Shown here in pieces: positions 60,912-64,000 of a stretch of 64,000 nucleotides of DNA. Under the pieces are notes generated by a model that saw only the letters and a list, made by a program, of their open reading frames with translations, was not told the origin of the DNA and did no database searches. Each line of letters opens with the position of its first letter. The first letter of the stretch is position 1. Where the stretch lies: positions 1 through 64,000 of the forward strand of contig PHBZ01000015.1 of NCBI GenBank assembly GCA_002840755.1, given 5' to 3'. The translations under genes and the position numbers were made by a program. This DNA comes from Chloroflexi bacterium HGW-Chloroflexi-10 (GTDB lineage Bacteria > Chloroflexota > Anaerolineae > Anaerolineales > Anaerolineaceae).

Positions 60912-61349
60912 TTAACTCTCCTCTTTACAATCGGGACAAAGCCCATAAAGGGAAATTTGAGGACGGAGGATCTTAAAACCTGACGCCTGTTCCAACTTGA
61001 GGAGCGATTCCTGATCGAGAGACACTTCCCCATCCATAATCTTATTGCATTTAATGCAAATCAAATGGGGATGAGGTTCTGGGCGGTTGCCATCGTAATG
61101 GCTGTCGTCACGCAAATCTATCTCATACACCTGATTTATATCTTTCAACAAGGTGAGGGTTTTGTAAACCGTCGCATGACTCATGGTTGGGAATTGGCGT
61201 TTGATTTTTGCGTATAGCTGACTCGCACTGGGATGTCCTTCGCTGACCGCAATCAAGCGCACCAACTCGACCCGTTGGGGGGTGAGCCGGAAATCGTGCT
61301 CCTTCAATGCAGCAATCAGCTGATTAAAACGGACATCCGAATTGGTCAT
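60912..61349 (-). CDS. furA: Fur-family transcriptional regulator (FurA/PerR-like, upstream of katG)
   Basis: 145 aa; LTPQRVELVRLIA HTH, H-rich metal site HYDGNRPEPHPHLIC, and C-terminal CxxC...CxxC. The fur-katG synteny is classic. Confidence 0.8.
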   Translation of the reverse strand: MTNSDVRFNQLIAALKEHDFRLTPQRVELVRLIAVSEGHPSASQLYAKIKRQFPTMSHATVYKTLTLLKDINQVYEIDLRDDSHYDGNRPEPHPHLICIKCNKIMDGEVSLDQESLLKLEQASGFKILRPQISLYGLCPDCKEES

Positions 61350-61891
61350 GGCACCGCTTTCGATAATTGGTCCTCATAGATAATCATTATCCATTATTAT
61401 ACGGAGAAATTTGTAAGATTTAAAGATGCGAACTTTGTACAAAACCAGATGATGATGACTGCGCGAAAAGCAGTGAAAACTCTCTCGCAGATTTTCCGTC
61501 TATTGATCATTATTTGGTGGAGGCAGGCCCGGTAGGTTGGGAGGTGTGTACATCCGGCTCGATCCATGCAGGAGAGGTGAAGGTTGTGAGAAGAGAAACG
61601 CACTTGTCAACACGGGAAATTGATTCACAGGCAGATACGGCGAACTGGGAAAGTGCGTCTCTCTTTTTGTGGGGTGCAATTAAGAGAAAAGCAGTCCCTA
61701 ATATTCTGTGTGCGTTGTGTTGGGCAAACGGCCACAATCCGGTAATGATTGGTGTTTTATGTTGAGCAATACCTAACGCTAATTTCGCAAAAAGTATACA
61801 GAAATTGTAATTATTTTGGTTCATGTTGTATAACAATTATGCGATAAGAAAACTGCGCTGCCTGTAGTTTTCCCAAAAGGAGAAGATTCAG

Positions 61892-62749
61892 GTGCAGCCA
61901 GAACCACCTAACCTTGATGGTTTCCATGTCCGTATGGAGGGTATGATGAAAAAAAAGGATAATCTCTTCGCTAAATACTTATTTCCCTTGTACTTCTTAT
62001 TGGCGTACCTGTTCAGCTGGTGGACTGTTCCCATTGCAGATGGCGCGCTCTTTCCCTATGGGCCAACACTGGCTGCCGTCCTTGTATTAGCGATTAGTTC
62101 GGGCCGAACTGGACTACGTGAATGGTGGTCACGCATAATCCACTTGCGCGCGGGCTGGTGGTATCTAATTGGCCCTGTCATTATGGTTACTTCCTTGCTT
62201 GGCGCTTTTATTCTCAACCTGCTGTCTGGAGCAATGGTTAGCATATCCCCTAAACTGCCGGATCCAGCCATCTGGATCCAGCTTTTGCTGCTCGGAGGCC
62301 TATGGGAAGAACCGGGTTGGACCGGTTTTGCTTTGCCTAAACTACAGGAAAAATTTAATCAGCACAAAAGCGGCGTGTTAATCGCCACGCTCATCATGGC
62401 CTTGTTCCGCGCCATCTGGCATCTGCCTTTGCTGGTGAGTGGTACCTTGCCCTGGTTTGATGTGTTTGGCTATATCATCGCTTTTCAAGTAATCATCACC
62501 TGGCTCTATAACCGGAGCGGTGGGAGTGTACCAGTAGTTATGCTTTTCCACTATTCCTCTAACCTTCTGGCCGGTGGCATGATGCTGCTAGTGTTTTCCG
62601 GGAGCGAGAAAATGACTTATTGGATGCTCTTTACAGCATTCGCTGGCCTGATTGCACTATTGATTCTTCTGAAAGAAGGAACCTCGCTCGGAAAAAGCAC
62701 CCTCCAAATGAGCAAGGTGAACCATCCAGGCCTGATAGGTGAAAAATAG
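61892..62749 (+). CDS. CPBP family intramembrane glutamic endopeptidase, paralog 3
   Basis: WEEPGWTGFALPKL plus FRAIWHLP (FxxxH). GTG start preceded by AAAGGAGA. Confidence 0.75.
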   Translation: MQPEPPNLDGFHVRMEGMMKKKDNLFAKYLFPLYFLLAYLFSWWTVPIADGALFPYGPTLAAVLVLAISSGRTGLREWWSRIIHLRAGWWYLIGPVIMVTSLLGAFILNLLSGAMVSISPKLPDPAIWIQLLLLGGLWEEPGWTGFALPKLQEKFNQHKSGVLIATLIMALFRAIWHLPLLVSGTLPWFDVFGYIIAFQVIITWLYNRSGGSVPVVMLFHYSSNLLAGGMMLLVFSGSEKMTYWMLFTAFAGLIALLILLKEGTSLGKSTLQMSKVNHPGLIGEK

Positions 62750-62888
62750 ACTTTCTCCATTAAAAGGCGCTTCATTTTCATTATGTGTATGCTCTAGCTA
62801 GCGCCAGGTGCACCCAATCAGGATGGCGGACCATCCTTTTTCCCGAAAAGACACGTTGCGTGTCGTGAGAACTCTGTGTTGGCTGGTT

Positions 62889-63845
62889 TCATTGATATGC
62901 GTTTATTACCTTTTCGTGGGGCAACAAAATACGAATATTTACTATGTACTCTTTGCCGTTTTGAGTAAATACTCTACTACCATCTGGGTTTTCAAAAAAT
63001 ATATAGATTTCTTTCGCCATATCTCCATCAATATACATTGTTGTTGTGAAAACATCAAAAACGTATTTGCTTGGGTGAGAAAATTCCAGCGACGGAAAAT
63101 TTTCATTCCAAGGAGTTGCTGCTGCAGGAAGTGTATCGCTTGAAGGATCCGCTGCGCGTATCGACAAGAAAATGCGGTCCGGATAATAGGGTGTCATACC
63201 AGCTGGTTTGTATTCGTCTAAGTATTGCAGAATATTCTTTATCTCGGGTATCAAAAACTGTAAATAAGACTCATGCACACAGAGATTTCTTGCCCTGTCA
63301 GCGTCCACCAAAATACAGTACTTAAGCCCACCAATAACCTTTACTTCTTCGTACTTGCCCTCAAAATTGTAGAGATCGTCTGTCGGGTTATGTTTTTGGT
63401 TTGATTCGAGAGAGTAAAAGCCCAATATTTCCAATTCTGACAGAAAACTTTTGAATTCATCAGATGATAATACTTTTTGTTTATATGTTCCGCCAGCAAC
63501 AGCAATCAGCAGCTGACCGTCATCGTACAATACAAGTCTTGTGATAATATTTCCAGAGGGAGGATCAAAGAATTCCATAAAATCCGCCAGATTGCCTACT
63601 ACATAATAATCAAAAATCACTCCTTTATTGTCATACGGCGGAAAAGGAGTAAAGGTGGGTGTAATTGGCCGTTTGGTTGGTTGAATTCTCGTTGGCGTCG
63701 AAGTTAAAGTAGAAGGTGGACTTGCCGTTATTGTAGAACCTGGTTCCGGGGTAAAAGGTAGTAATGCTGTGGGAGTGTTGCTCTGCCCATTGCACGAAGC
63801 AAGAATTATGCAAACCAAAATTGGAATCAAGGATGTTTTTTTCAT
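62889..63845 (-). CDS. lipoprotein, hypothetical (Pro/Thr-rich linker)
   Basis: Signal peptide with lipobox ILASC, followed by a P/T-rich low-complexity segment and a globular C-terminal domain. Confidence 0.55.
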   Translation of the reverse strand: MKKTSLIPILVCIILASCNGQSNTPTALLPFTPEPGSTITASPPSTLTSTPTRIQPTKRPITPTFTPFPPYDNKGVIFDYYVVGNLADFMEFFDPPSGNIITRLVLYDDGQLLIAVAGGTYKQKVLSSDEFKSFLSELEILGFYSLESNQKHNPTDDLYNFEGKYEEVKVIGGLKYCILVDADRARNLCVHESYLQFLIPEIKNILQYLDEYKPAGMTPYYPDRIFLSIRAADPSSDTLPAAATPWNENFPSLEFSHPSKYVFDVFTTTMYIDGDMAKEIYIFFENPDGSRVFTQNGKEYIVNIRILLPHEKVINAYQ

Positions 63846-64000
63846 GAGTTTATTTTATAAATAACCAACCAATTACAAGCGTTATGGGCGGGTGGATGGG
63901 CGTGAACTCTGCTCGCCTGCACAGTGACGCAGGCACACGTAGAGGCTGGAAAAGCCCGAAGTCACGTGTGCGTGAAATGCTTGAAAACGGGCATGTAAAG

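Overview
This 64-kb window is a gene-dense bacterial chromosomal segment: about 60 protein-coding genes, no rRNA or tRNA, no CRISPR array, no recognisable transposase or integrase, and about 48% GC by eye. A deazaflavin (F420)-dependent nitroreductase-family gene, a furA-katG pair and many membrane proteases suggest a Chloroflexota- or Actinobacteria-like organism. That lineage call is inference only.

In window order the content is:
- a partial methyltransferase, a Cys/Asp-rich hypothetical protein and a small membrane protein;
- a 1-kb non-coding stretch carrying a perfect sigma70 consensus promoter and a palindrome-rich repeat element;
- an AlkZ/YcaQ-like winged-helix protein, an orphan DppBC-like ABC permease pair with a serine hydrolase, and a GNAT acetyltransferase;
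- a CPBP protease, a SAM methyltransferase, a DUF1801 protein, an alpha/beta hydrolase, then surE;
- a flotillin-like SPFH operon that includes a second DUF1801 protein;
- a translationally coupled GMC oxidoreductase and GT1 glycosyltransferase, an MsbA-like ABC exporter, and an OafA/YrhL-type (acyltransferase 3 family) gene;
- a complete Fe3+-type ABC importer (substrate-binding protein, fused permease, ATPase) with a PfkB kinase;
- VOC, GNAT and MgtC genes;
- a MalT-like LuxR STAND regulator followed by a coupled BBE-type FAD oxidase and a PLP-dependent decarboxylase;
- a second alpha/beta hydrolase paralog, a 1.25-kb non-coding region holding the inverted second copy of the repeat element, and a second CPBP protease;
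- an F420-dependent nitroreductase-family gene and an 854-aa secreted NHL-repeat protein;
- a small toxin-antitoxin island: an orphan YiaG-like HTH, a yoeB pseudogene with an in-frame amber codon, and an intact higB-higA with a palindromic operator;
- an AraC/GyrI regulator next to a flavin-reductase::GyrI fusion;
- hypB, then a 896-aa GltD/YgfK-like Fe-S flavoprotein, then hypA, with no hydrogenase structural genes in the window;
- TetR regulators, a flavodoxin-ferredoxin protein, ung, furA-katG, a third CPBP protease and a lipoprotein.

The most unusual points are the 36.5-kb-spaced inverted copies of a non-coding element built from ATTCGTT-N4-AACGAAT palindromes, the orphan consensus promoter, the decayed and intact toxin-antitoxin loci, the oxidoreductase embedded in the hyp operon, and the duplicated CPBP/alpha-beta-hydrolase/DUF1801 modules.
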